Shown: piece after piece, positions 10,134-23,100 of the stretch
How positions within the stretch are numbered: the stretch's first letter is position 1
Layout of the letters: each line of letters begins with the position of its first letter
Source: Auanema rhodensis
Lineage: Eukaryota; Animalia; Nematoda
Direction of reading: 5' to 3'
DNA: 64,000 bases
Assembly: GCA_964057225.1 (NCBI GenBank)
Contig: OZ059900.1
Location: forward strand, 26,722,001 to 26,786,000
Translations under genes and position numbers: made by a program
Notes under the pieces: model-generated
The model's input: only the letters and a program-made list of their open reading frames with translations
The model's database searches: none
Told to the model about the DNA's origin: nothing

Positions 10134-12278
10134 AATATTTAAGGAGAATCAATACATATGTGGATACGAGACTGTAAAATCAGATGGTTTCGGAGACTAT
10201 AAATTAAGTAAGGGCGGAAAAGTGTGGGACGCGCACATTTTCAGAAATTTCTATGAGAAGGTAACTCTACTTTGTAACTCGCCTAATAGGAGGTTTTCAG
10301 AATGGGAGCAGCACCTTTTATGGATTCTCCATTAACCACTGTAAAATGCATAGCAATATTTACCTTGCGGATCTAGGTTAGACTGTTGTGAATAAATGAT
10401 ATCTACATTCATTTATATTTATATTTAAGGTTATATTACGCCGGATATCCCTCGTTTACTGTTCAGAACAAAGAAGATCATTAGAGCTGGAGACCAGCTC
10501 TGCTGGGATTACACAGGATATTCTAATACTAATAGAGTCGATTTCGGCGATTCCTATATCTGTGTGAGTTTGAATAAGAAGGTTTTCTCTATAAGTCCTA
10601 TTTCAGTTGATGAACCAAAAAAAAATTTATGAGTGCTACATTTCAACCCCCTTTTCTCTGAAATTTAACAAAAAATTCCGTTCTCCTGGAGCTATGATAC
10701 AAACTCAAGTATCATCTTATTTCGAGCCTGCCAAAAAAAAAAAAAGGAATGTCCGTGAGTTATCAAGAATTATATATATTTTAATGAGATTATCAAGGAA
10801 AATGAAGAAGTTGAGGTTGAAGAGGAGGAAGAAGAAGAGGAGGAGGCCGAAAACTGGCTGGAAACTCAGTGTGACAATCTCATTAAATCGAATTATGAAG
10901 ATGAGGACGAAGAAAAAGAAGATGAGGAGGACGAAGATGAGGAGGAGGATGCTGAGGCTCTTTTGGAAACTTTGCTGAAGGAAGCTACTAGCGAGGAAGA
11001 AGATGAAAAAGGTGAAATTTAATATGCAATAACTTTTTATAAAGATGAAACCTTCAGGCAGAAGCCCTACACACCCTAATCTGTCAGAGCTATTGAAAAC
11101 TTTCGATTTCATTACAAAGAAAGGTGATAATTAATTATTGAAGAAATAAATATTATTTTGTAGTCGATATTGAAAAACAACAAGAGGCCAACTTGATTAT
11201 TTCCTTTTTTAAGAAAAAAGAAAAAAAGGTATTACTCCCCTGATGGGGTGGTTAATCAAACTGTTTAGATGGGAGAGAATATTAGGAGAAGAATAACCCT
11301 ATGCAAGCTATCATACCCCCTTGAGCGATATAAATTCAAGAATTTCACAGAATATGAAGAGAAAGTTAGATCCCATTTGTCGGGTAAAAAACGGGAGGAA
11401 AAATTATATTATATACCCAAAAAATCTGATTCTGTTAAATCCAATGAAAGAGAGAAAGTTCTGGGTACACTTTTTTTATTAGCAGAAAATGATTTGAGAA
11501 AGGTATTACATTATCCAATATAAGTACATTAGATTTTAGAGTGTCCTCAACATGCTTGTGCTGTTGCTCCATGATACTAAGAAGGAAGAGCTCTGCGCCA
11601 GGAAACAAATGCTAGAGGTTACTGCTACGTTATGGAACATGTGGAAGAAGGTTATTTTTTCAAAAGAAGAAGAAGAAATTGACAACAGCATTAAGGAAGT
11701 CAGATTCAGGTTGAGGGAGGTAATAAAAGAGTATATATAATCATATTGTAATATCATCTCAGGAAATTAACCTTCATTCAAATAAAGAAAAAGGTCCTTT
11801 CACCTTTTTCACCTTTTACTATGCGTTTCAACGATTTTTTGTTTCCGAAATGGAAAAGTTAACATCGTGGGATGACTTCGTTATGTCTAAAGCTGAATGG
11901 AAAAAAATGGGATTGTTGATAGCGTTATCTATCAACGCATTCAACTGCTCCCGCACTGAACACTACTACAAACTGTTTGTACCTGACATTAAAAAGGTTG
12001 GTATTATTCAGAAGAAATTAATAAATAATCATAGGAAGAAGAAGAGGAGGTGATATCTTTGAATATAAGAGTTGGAAAGGGAGGAAGAAGTCAACTGCTG
12101 CTTCTACCGAAACACTATGAATATTTTTCAAGATGTTATCTCTCAGCTAGCAAACGATATGCTGTTCTTTACAAGAAAAGCAAACTGCTTTTCCCTTTCA
12201 GTCTAAGCTCGAAAAGCCTTATAACTAATTTAAAGGAAGTCTTTGACGTACCGTGGCCAATAAGTGAAGGATTCGCAG
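10134..12278 (+). pseudogene. Multi-exon SET-domain + acidic linker + tyrosine recombinase gene (Crypton-like element), 5'-truncated and broken
   Basis: Exons 10134-10260, 10301-10376 and 10430-10563 splice in frame to IFKENQYICGY...YGFSINHCKMHSNI...DIPRLLFRTKKIIRAGDQLCWDY (SET motifs NH-x and GxxLxxDY). An E/D-rich exon lies at ~10789-11011. Later exons give AFNCSRTE (catalytic R) and IRVGKGGRSQLLLLP (catalytic K). At least one in-frame stop at ~11077. Confidence 0.8.
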
Positions 12279-12308
12279 TTAGTAAAAGCATTAGTAAAAG
12301 AAAAATTT

Positions 12309-12736
12309 TCAAATAAAATTCCCTAGATACTTTGTAAAGTTATCTTCCAGTTTTGACTTTTCTAATAGCTTCTCTTTGTATTCGAATTCGAAATCTCTCC
12401 CTGCGCAATATCTCAGTTTAGTATAGCTAGCAAGGGCTGCAAATTCAAAATAAGTTCATTCCATAATTATAACCTCACCTATCATTAGATCGCTCAACCC
12501 ATATGAACTGTTTCTGATATCCATTGAATGACCTTCGGCCGTTGCCTGGAGTTCGTTGTCTCGTTCTGATCGGTTTAATTCATGGAGCTTGTCGAAGCTG
12601 TCAACAGCTTTTATAGAGCTTTGTCTATAAGAAGATCATATTATTTGGAATAATGACTACTTACCTTATAGCTGCGAATCCTTCACTTATTGGCCACGGT
12701 ACGTCAAAGACTTCCTTTAAATCAGTTATAAGGCTT
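12309..12736 (-). pseudogene. Inverted 3' portion of the tyrosine recombinase gene
   Basis: 12672-12736 is an inverted copy of 12214-12278. It continues FAAIR|QSS (40-bp intron 12625-12664) to AEGHSMDIR. Removing one A from an A-run restores GHSMDIRNSSY (H+9=Y, canonical YR spacing) and an in-frame last exon ending at TGA 12309-12311. Confidence 0.78.
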
Positions 12737-12802
12737 AGGCTTAGGCTTAGGCTTAGGCTTAGGCTTAGGCTTAGGCTTAGGCTTAGGCTTAGGCTTAGGC
12801 TT
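12731..12802 (+). repeat. Interstitial telomere tract (AGGCTT)x12
   Basis: 72 bp of perfect TTAGGC repeat. Confidence 0.98.
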
Positions 12803-13240
12803 GACAGACCACCACGATTTAGTCATCTCATATGTTTCGCTCATAACAGTCACTGTAGCTTTTGTTATCGTCTAGGACGGTTATTTCATACTAATATTGT
12901 TACAATTCTTTTCTAATTACTCATTTTATCTTGATTTAATTATTTCTATTATCTTCATACGTACTCCTTATTTCGATTTAAAATTTTATTTTATCTCTAT
13001 TTTCATCCTGATTTAATGATTTTTATTAACTTCATTTTTTTCAACTTCATCTCTTGATTCATTGTTCATTGTATCTTTTTCATTCTTCTTATCTTATTTT
13101 TCATTCTTCTTGAAAATTTTTCGAAATTAATAATTTTTTTTAGTGTCCACTCAAGATTTAGTGAAATATTTTATAATAAAATCGAACCTTAAGGTAAATT
13201 ATTTGCTTTTCTGAAATTCTGAATAATAATTTCATTCAGT

Positions 13241-13957
13241 ATGTCTTACGTGGTTCTCTTGTCCAAAGAAAAACTTCATGGAAATTCGTTTGCTTATAAT
13301 GTAGTGTATGTACACTGTGAAAAAAAAGGAATACGCAAATCCGAAAACTTCATTACTCGCGAACAATATGAAGCATTGTTGGAAAAAAACACTATCTCAG
13401 AAACATTTGATTTTTCTCAAATTGAAATGCCATTGCCAGCACAAACATCAACGAGTTTTTTTGATATTGTAGCAGATATCGAGAACAATAACTCATTCCC
13501 CGCCTGCACATCTGATGAAAGATGTTTCAGAAAATTGTTAAAATATCTAGATTTTCACTTTTTTGATTCCAAAATCTTCTCCTACGGCATATCCATTCAA
13601 GTAAAATGTAATAGTAATGTCACAATGAAAGACAAACATGCTTATACTACGAGAAAATGCAATAATATTTCGATAACATTTTTTTGTTCTTCATTTCTTG
13701 AAAAAAAGCGCGACAGTGCAAAAAAAACTGCTTTTTCATTCAGAAAAGACAAAAAAATGGAATTACTTTCGGTTATGGTTCATGAACTCATTCATGTTTA
13801 TGAATTTCTACACATAAAGTGTCTAATAAACCCAAGTATTATACCCATATCTATTGCTTCCAGTTTATTGCTAGAACACGGGGCAACTTTTTGTTCGCTT
13901 ATGAATCATATTAATCGCAGGAAAGCAAAATTTGTTTTAGAAAGATATGCACATTGA
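13241..13957 (+). CDS. SprT-like zinc metalloprotease domain protein, 238 aa, intronless
   Basis: LLSVMVHELIH (HExxH) followed by EHGATFCSLMNHIN (HG-x-x-F-x-x-x-M-x-x-IN), the SprT/Spartan/GCNA signature. A TTCAG acceptor lies just before the ATG and AATAAA is at 13976-13981. Confidence 0.8.
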   Translation: MSYVVLLSKEKLHGNSFAYNVVYVHCEKKGIRKSENFITREQYEALLEKNTISETFDFSQIEMPLPAQTSTSFFDIVADIENNNSFPACTSDERCFRKLLKYLDFHFFDSKIFSYGISIQVKCNSNVTMKDKHAYTTRKCNNISITFFCSSFLEKKRDSAKKTAFSFRKDKKMELLSVMVHELIHVYEFLHIKCLINPSIIPISIASSLLLEHGATFCSLMNHINRRKAKFVLERYAH

Positions 13958-14059
13958 TTTGTTTACTTTGAACTCAATAAATATTGTTGAAACCTCATCG
14001 TCGTATTTTTATTTTCTCAGGAACTTAATTTATACAATATTAAAATAAGAAACATGAAA

Positions 14060-17000
14060 CATTTGGAAAAACATATGACCTTTTAAATGTTGAATTTTTT
14101 GGTGATTTCAAGATTGTTTAAAACAATTTATCTCAAAATAGACACATAGAAAATGAATTGTGAGTTGATATATGAATGAAAATGGGTCATTCAACATATT
14201 ATCGCAAGGCGCTTGTTACAGGATCAATTTTGGAAAAACATATGACCTTTTAAATGTTGGTTTTTTTTTAATTTTTGGATGGCTCAAGTTTGAAAGAACA
14301 TATGATCTTTTGAATCTTGGGTTTTTTGGTGATTTTCACAATTTTTAAAATAGTTCATCTCAAAAATGACACATAGGAAATCAATCGATAGTTCATATAT
14401 GAATGAGAATGTATCATTCAGCTTACTTTCGAAAAGGGCTTGTTGTTGGCTCAAGTTTGAAAGAACATATGATCTTTTAAAAGTTCGTGGTTTTCCGTGA
14501 TTTGTACTTTTTTTATAACAGTTTATCTGAAAAATGACACACAGAAAATAGATCGTGGGTTGATATATGATACAAAATGTGTTATTCAACATAGAATCAG
14601 AGAGGGCTTGTCACTGACTCAAATTTGGAGGAACATATGAACAACTTTTATGTTATGATGAAACATGACCACAATGATCAACGTCAGATCTCATGTGTAT
14701 TTTCTCAAATTTGATTCATGGAAAAGTTCTGTTTTTCTCAAAATGTGTGAAAATAAATATGTAGAACTTAATTCCGAACGGGGCTATTATTTATTTTACC
14801 AGGAACTCATTCTATCACACTGAAACTGATTCGACTGGTTTTATCGATTGATTGAAAGAAACAGTCTCTTTTCGAGTTTCTATGTTTAAATGTTGAAAGC
14901 GTTTGAATGAACATTTTTTGATTTTTAACTTTCAACCTCAAATTTGTTATAGCAATTATATATTTTTGATAGATTCGAGAAGTTTATTTTTTTTATAAAA
15001 TGTTTCAGTACAAACTCATTTAAGAAATTTATGGAAGAACTTCTCTCATATCTACAATTTCTTTTTTCTTTATTTGACGCAATTGAGAAAATTCTTTTTG
15101 TTTCTTGAAATAATTACAAAGATTTGTGATTTGCGATTTGCCTGGTGATTTTCACAACTTTCAAAGTAGTTTATCTCAAAAATAACATACAAGAACTAGA
15201 TTGTGGGTTAATATATGGAACAAAATGTGTTATTCAACAGATTATCGCAAAATGGCTTGTTACTGACTCAAATTTGGAAGAACATATGACCTTTAAAAAT
15301 TTAGGTTTTTGGGTGATTTGCACAATTTTTAGAATAGTTTATTTCAAAAATGACACATAGAAAATATATCGTGGGTTAATATATGAATGAAAAAGTGTCA
15401 TTCAACAGGTTATCAAAAGGGGCTTGTTAATGACTGAAATTCGGAAAAACTTATGATCTCTTAAAACTCTTGGTTTTTGGTGATTTGTACGTTTTTTAAA
15501 GCAGTTTAAATCAAAAATGACACACAGCAACTAGATCGTGGGTTAAAATATGAAACAAAATGTGTTATTCAACAGATTATCGCAAAAAGCTTGTTACTGA
15601 CTCAAATTTGGAAGAACATATGACCTTTTAAAATTTGGGTTTTTGGGTGATTTGCACAATTTTTAGAATAGTTTATTTCAAAAATGACATATAGAAAATA
15701 TATGGTGAGTTGATATATAAATGAAAATGTGTCATTCAACAGATTATCAAGAGAGGCTTGTTACTTACTGAAATTCGGAAAAACTTATGATCTCTTAAAA
15801 CTCTTGGTTTTTGGGTGATTTTCACAATTTTTAAAATAGTTTAAAACTACTCCGATACAAAAAGCTTAATTCGAATTTCTTCATTTTTGAACGAAAAACT
15901 GTATACTAACTATATTTATTTAAAACGAGTAACTATATTTTTTTAAAACGAGTAGTTAAAATTTCAACTTTTTCTAATTCAGGCAAGTAGTTGAAATTCA
16001 ACTACTCCAAGATGAGTAATCTCCCAAAAAATAACATTTATACATCATTTCACAATTCAATTCGTATGTGGCATTTTTGAGATAAACTTTTTTTAAAATT
16101 ATGAAATTCACCAAAAAACCCAACATTTGAAAGGTCATATGTTTTTCCAAACTTGAGTCAGTAACAAGCCCCTTCTGATAATCTGTTAAATGACACATGT
16201 TCATTCAGATATCAACTCACAATTCAATTCGTATGTGTCGATTTTGAGATAAATTGTTTTAAACAATCTTGAAAATCACCCAAAAACCAAGAGTTTTAAG
16301 AGATCATAAGTTTTTCCGAATTTCAGTAAGTAACAAGCCTCTCTTGATAATCTGTTGAATGACACATTTTCATTTATATATCAACTCACCAAGTATTTTC
16401 TATATGTCATTTTTGAAATAAACTATTCTAAAAATTGTGCAAATCACCCAAAAACCCAAATTTTAAAAGGTCATATGTTCTTCCAAATTTGAGTCAGTAA
16501 CAAGCTTTTTGCGATAATCTGTTGAATAACACATTTTGTTTCATATTTTAACCCACGATCTAGTTGCTGTGTGTCATTTTTGATTTAAACTGTTTTAAAA
16601 AACGTACAAATCACCAAAAACCAAGAGTTTTAAGAGATCATAAGTTTTTCCGAATTTCAGTCATTAACAAGCCCCTTTTGATAACCTGTTGAATGACACT
16701 TTTCAATTCATATATCAACCCACGATATATTTTCTATGTGTCATTTTTGAAATAAACTATTCTAAAAATTGTGCAAATCACCCAAAAACCCAAATTTTTA
16801 AAGGTCATATGTTCTTCCAAATTTGAGTCAGTAACAAGCCATTTTGCGATAATCTGTTGAATAACACATTTTGTTTCATATTTTAACCCACGATCTAGTT
16901 GCTGTGTGTCATTTTTGTTTTAAACTGTTTTAAAAAACGTACAAATCACCAAAAACCAAGAGTTTTAAGAGATCATAAGTTTTTCCGAATTTCAGTCATT

Positions 17001-17196
17001 AACAAGCCCCTTTTGATAACCTGTTGAATGACACTTTTTCATTCATATATTAACCCACGATATATTTTCTATGTGTCATTTTTGAAATAAACTATTCTAA
17101 AAATTGTGCAAATCACCCAAAAACCCAAATTTTTAAAGGTCATATGTTCTTCCAAATTTGAGTCAGTAACAAGCCATTTTGCGATAATCTGTTGAA
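14060..17196. repeat. Diverged ~167-bp repeat family with a unique insert; orientation flips at ~15845
   Basis: Recurrent GGTGATTT...CAAAAATGACAC...TTCAACAGATTATC...CTTGTTACTGACTCAAATTTGGAAGAACATATGACC blocks at ~167-bp spacing; they are reverse-complemented after ~15845. Confidence 0.88.
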
Positions 17197-20100
17197 TAAA
17201 TTTCAAAGTCATGGTAACCATGACTTTGAAATTTACGTGAACTTTAATTTATGCTAATTAAATGTACACGTGATGTGCACTTGGTATGTAACTCGCTTCA
17301 CGTGAAAGATAAAGAGATGTGGTTTTCAAAATTAAATTCCTCATGTCCATATTAGTCTAAAAACAAATTTTTATTGATATTGGTTCATGGTAACCATGTC
17401 TTTGAAATTTACGTGAACTTTAATTTATGCTAATTAAATGTACACGTGATGTGCACTTGGTATGTAACTCGCTTCACGTGAAAGATAAAAAGATGCGGTT
17501 TTCAAAATTAGATTCCCCATGTCCATATTAGTCTAAAAACAAATTTTTATTGATATTGGTGCATGGTAACCATGTCTTTGAAATTTACGTGAACTTTAAT
17601 TTATGCTAATTAAATGTACACGTGATGTGCACTTGGTATGTAACTCGCTTCACGTGAAAGATAAAGAGATGCGGTTTTCAAAATTAGATTCCCCATGTCC
17701 ATATTAGTCTAAAAACAATTTTTTATTGATATTGGTGCATGGTAACCATGACTTTGAAATTTACGTGAACTTTAATTTATGCTAATTAAATGTACACGTG
17801 ATGTGCACTTGGTATGTAACTCGCTTCACGTGAAAGATAAAGAGATGCGGTTTTCAAAATTAGATTCCCCATGTCCATATTAGTCTAAAAACAAATTTTT
17901 ATTGATATTGGTTCATGGTAACCATGTCTTTGAAGTTTACGTGAACTTTAATTTATGCTAATTAAATGTACACGTGATGTGCATTTGGTATGTAACTCGC
18001 TTCACGTGAAAGATAAAGAGATGCGGTTTCCAAAATTAGATACCCCATGTCCATATTAGTCTAAAAACAAATTTTTATTGATATTGGTTCATGGTAACCA
18101 TGACTTTGAAATTTACGTGAACTTTAATTTATGCTAATTAAATGTACACGTGATGTGCACTTGGTATGTAACTCGCTTCACGTGAAAGATAAAGAGATGT
18201 GGTTTTCAAAATTAGATTCCCCATGTCCATATTAGTCTAAAAACAAATTTTTATTGATATTGGTTCATGGTAACCATGTCATTGAAATTTACGTGAACTT
18301 TAATTTATGCTAATTAAATGTACACGTGATGTGCACTTGGTATGTAACTCGCTTCACGTGAAAGATAAAGAGATGCGGTTTTCAAAATTAGATTCCCCAT
18401 GTCCATATTAGTCTAAAAAAAAATTTTTATTGATATTGGTGCATGGTAACCATGACTTTGAAATTTACGTGAACTTTAATTTATGCTAATTAAATGTACA
18501 CGTGATGTGCACTTGGTATGTAACTCGCTTCACGTGAAAGATAAAGAGATGCGGTTTTCAAAATTAGATTCCCCATGTCCATATTAGTCTAAAAACAAAT
18601 TTTTATTGATATTGGTTCATGGTAACCATGACTTTGAAATTTACGTGAACTTTAATTTATGCTAATTAAATGTACACGTGATGTGCACTTGGTATGTAAC
18701 TCGCTTCACGTGAAAGATAAAGAGATGCGGTTCTCAAAATTAGATTCCCCATGTCCATATTAGTCTAAAAACAAATTTTTATTGATATTGGTTCATGGTA
18801 ACCATGTCTTTGAAATTTACGTGAACTTTAATTTATGCTAATTAAATGTACACGTGATGTGCACTTGGTATGTAACTCGCTTCACGTGTAAGATAAAGAG
18901 ATGCGGTTTTCAAAATTAGATTCATCATGTCCATATTAGTCTAAAAACAAATTTTTATTGATATTGGTGCATGGTAACCATGACTTTGAAATTTACGTGA
19001 ACTTTAATTTATGCTAATTAAATGTACACGTGATGTGCACTTGGTATGTAACTCGCTTCACGTGAAAGATAAAGAGATGCGGTTTTCAAAATTAGATTCC
19101 ACATGTCCATATTAGTCTAAAAACAAATTTTTATTGATATTGGTTCATGGTAACCATGTCTTTGAAGTTTACGTGAACTTTAATTTATGCTAATTAAATG
19201 TACACGTGATGTGCATTTGGTATGTAACTCGCTTCACGTGAAAGATAAAGAGATGCGGTTTCCAAAATTAGATTCCCCATGTCCATATTAGTCTAAAAAC
19301 AAATTTTTATTGATATTGGTTCATGGTAACCATGACTTTGAAATTTACGTGAACTTTAATTTATGCTAATTAAATGTACACGTGATGTGCACTTGGTATG
19401 TAACTCGCTTCACGTGAAAGATAAAGAGATGTGGTTTTCAAAATTAGATTCCCCATGTCCATATTAGTCTAAAAACAAATTTTTATTGATGTTGGTTCAT
19501 GGTAACCATGTCATTGAAATTTACGTGAACTTTAATTTATGCTAATTAAATGTACACGTGATGTGCACTTGGTATGTAACTCGCTTCACGTGAAAGATAA
19601 AGAGATGCGGTTTTCAAAATTAGATTCCCCATGTCCATATTAGTCTAAAAAAAAATTTTTATTGATATTGGTGCATGGTAACCATGACTTTGAAATTTAC
19701 GTGAACTTTAATTTATGCTAATTAAATGTACACGTGATGTGCACTTGGTATGTAACTCGCTTCACGTGTAAGATAAAGAGATGCGGTTTTCAAAATTAGA
19801 TTCATCATGTCCATATTAGTCTAAAAACAAATTTTTATTGATATTGGTGCATGGTAACCATGACTTTGAAATTTACGTGAACTTTAATTTATGCTAATTA
19901 AATGTACACGTGATGTGCCCTTGGTATGTAACTCGCTTCACGTGAAAGATAAAGAGATGCGGTTTTCAAACTTAGATTCCCCATGTCCATATTAGTCTAA
20001 AAACAAATTTTTATTGATATTGGTTCATGGTAACCATGACTTTGAAATTTACGTGAACTTTAATTTATGCTAATTAAATGTACACGTGATGTGCACTTGG

Positions 20101-23100
20101 TATGTAACTCGCTTCACGTGAAAGATAAAGAGATGCGGTTTTCAAAATTAGATTCCCCATGTCCATATTAGTCTAAAAACAAATTTTTATTGATATTGGT
20201 TCATGGTAACCATGACTTTGAAATTTACGTGAACTTTAATTTATGCTAATTAAATGTACACGTGATGTGCACTTGGTATGTAACTCGCTTCACGTGAAAG
20301 ATAAAGAGATGCGGTTTTCGAAATTAGATTCCCCATGTCCATATTAGTCTAAAAACAAATTTTTATTGATATTGGTTCATGGTAACCATGTCTTTGAAAT
20401 TTACGTGAACTTTAATTTATGCTAATTAAATGTACACGTGATGTGCACTTGGTATGTAACTCGCTTCACGTGAAAGATAAAGAGATGCGGTTTTCAAAAT
20501 TAGATTCCCCATGTCCATATTAGTCTAAAAACAAATTTTTATTGATATTGGTGCATGGTAACCATGACTTTGAAATTTACGTGAACTTTAATTTATGCTA
20601 ATTAAATGTACACGTGATGTGCACTTGGTATGTAACTCGCTTCACGTGAAAGATAAAGAGATGCGGTTTTCGAAATTAGATTCCCCATGTCCATATTAGT
20701 CTAAAAACAAATTTTTATTGATATTGGTTCATGGTAACCATGTCTTTGAAGTTTACGTGAACTTTAATTTATGCTAATTAAATGTACAAGTGATGTGCAT
20801 TTGGTATGTAACTCGCTTCACGTGAAAGATAAAGAGATGCGGTTTTCAAAATTAGATTCCCCATGTCCATATTAGTCTAAAAACAAATTTTTATTGATAT
20901 TGGTTCATGGTAACCATGTCTTTGAAATTTACGTGAACTTTAATTTATGCTAATTAAATGTACACGTGATGTGCACTTGGTATGTAACTCGCTTCACGTG
21001 AAAGATAAAGAGATGCGGTTTTCAAAATTAGATTCCCCATGTCCATATTAGTCTAAAAACAAATTTTTATTGATATTGGTGCATGGTAACCATGACTTTG
21101 AAATTTACGTGAACTTTAATTTATGCTAATTAAATGTACACGTGATGTACACTTGGTATGTAACTCGCTTCACGTGAAAGATAAAGAGATGCGGTTTCCA
21201 AAATTGGATTCCCCATGTCCATATTAGTCTAAAAACAAATTTTTATTGATATTGGTTCATGGTAACCATGACTTTGAAATTTACGTGAACTTTAATTTAT
21301 GCTAATTAAATGTACAAGTGATGTACACTTGGTATGTAACTCGCTTCACGTGAAAGATAAAAAGATGCGGTTTTCAAAATTAGATTCCCCATGTCCATAT
21401 TAGTCTAAAAACAAATTTTTATTGATATTGGTTCATGGTAACCATGTCTTTGAAATTTACGTGAACTTTAATTTATGCTAATTAAATGTACACGTGATGT
21501 GCACTTGGTATGTAACTCGCTTCACGTGAAAGATAACGAGATGTGGTTTTCAAAATTAGATTCCCCATGTCCATATTAGTCTAAAAACAAATTTTTATTG
21601 ATATTGGTTCATGGTAACCATGTCTTTGAAATTTACGTGAACTTTAATTTATGCTAATTAAATGTACACGTGATGTGCACTTGGTATGTAACTCGCTTCA
21701 CGTGTAAGATAAAGAGATGCGGTTTTCAAAATTAGATTCATCATGTCCATATTAGTCTAAAAACAAATTTTTATTGATATTGGTGCATGGTAACCATGAC
21801 TTTGAAATTTAAGTGAACTTTAATTTATGCTAATTAAATGTACACGTGATGTGCCCTTGGTATGTAACTCGCTTCACGTGAAAGATAAAGAGATGCGGTT
21901 TTCAAACTTAGATTCCCCATGTCCATATTAGTCTAAAAACAAATTTTTATTGATATTGGTTCATGGTAACCATGACTTTGAAATTTACGTGAACTTTAAT
22001 TTATGCTAATTAAATGTACACGTGATGTGCATTTGGTATGTAACTCGCTTCACGTGAAAGATAAAGAGATGCGGTTTTCAAAATTAGATTCCCCATGTCC
22101 ATATTAGTCTAAAAACAAATTTTTATTGATATTGGTTCATGGTAACCATGTCTTTGAAGTTTACGTGAACTTTAATTTATGCTAATTAAATGTACACGTG
22201 ATGTGCACTTGGTATGTAACTCGCTTCACGTGAAAGATAAAGAGATGCGGTTTTCAAAATTAGATTCCCCATGTCCATATTAGTCTAAAAACAAATTTTT
22301 ATTGATATTGGTGCATGGTAACCATGTCTTTGAAGTTTACGTGAACTTTAATTTATGCTAATTAAATGTACACGTGATGTGCACTTGGTATGTAACTCGC
22401 TTCACGTGAAAGATAAAGAGATGCGGTTTTCAAAATTAGATTCCCCATGTCCATATTAGTCTAAAAACAAATTTTTATTGATATTGGTGCATGGTAACCA
22501 TGTCTTTGAAGTTTACGTGAACTTTAATTTATGCTAATTAAATGTACACGTGATGTGCACTTGGTATGTAACTCGCTTCACGTGAAAGATAAAGAGATGC
22601 GGTTTTCAAAATTAGATTCCCCATGTCCATATTAGTCTAAAAACAAATTTTTTTGATATTGGTTCATGGTAACCATGTCTTTGAAATTTACGTGAACTTT
22701 AATTTATGCTAATTAAATGTACACGTGATGTGCACTTGGTATGTAACTCGCTTCACGTGAAAGATAAAGAGATGCGGTTTTCAAAATTAGATTCCCCATG
22801 TCCATATTAGTCTAAAAACAAATTTTTTTGATATTGGTTCATGGTAACCATGTCTTTGAAATTTACGTGAACTTTAATTTATGCTAATTAAATGTACACG
22901 TGATGTGCACTTGGTATGTAACTCGCTTCACGTGAAAGATAAAGAGATGCGGTTTTCGAAATTAGATTCCCCATGTCCATATTAGTCTAAAAACAAGTTT
23001 TCATTGATATTGGTTCATGGTAACCATGTCTTTGAAATTTACGTGAACTTTAATTTATGCTAATTAAATGTACACGTGATGTGCACTTGGTATGTAACTC

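Noticed and set aside
10717-11112. Phe/Leu-rich minus ORF as a membrane protein, and the K/R-rich tail of ORF 10607-10978
   Set aside because: Antisense and off-frame readings of the acidic GAA/GAG/GAT exon.
14284-16204. ORFs 14284-14592, 15145-15360, 15998-16204 and 62775-62981
   Set aside because: They lie within the AT-rich 167-bp repeat family and have no protein motifs.
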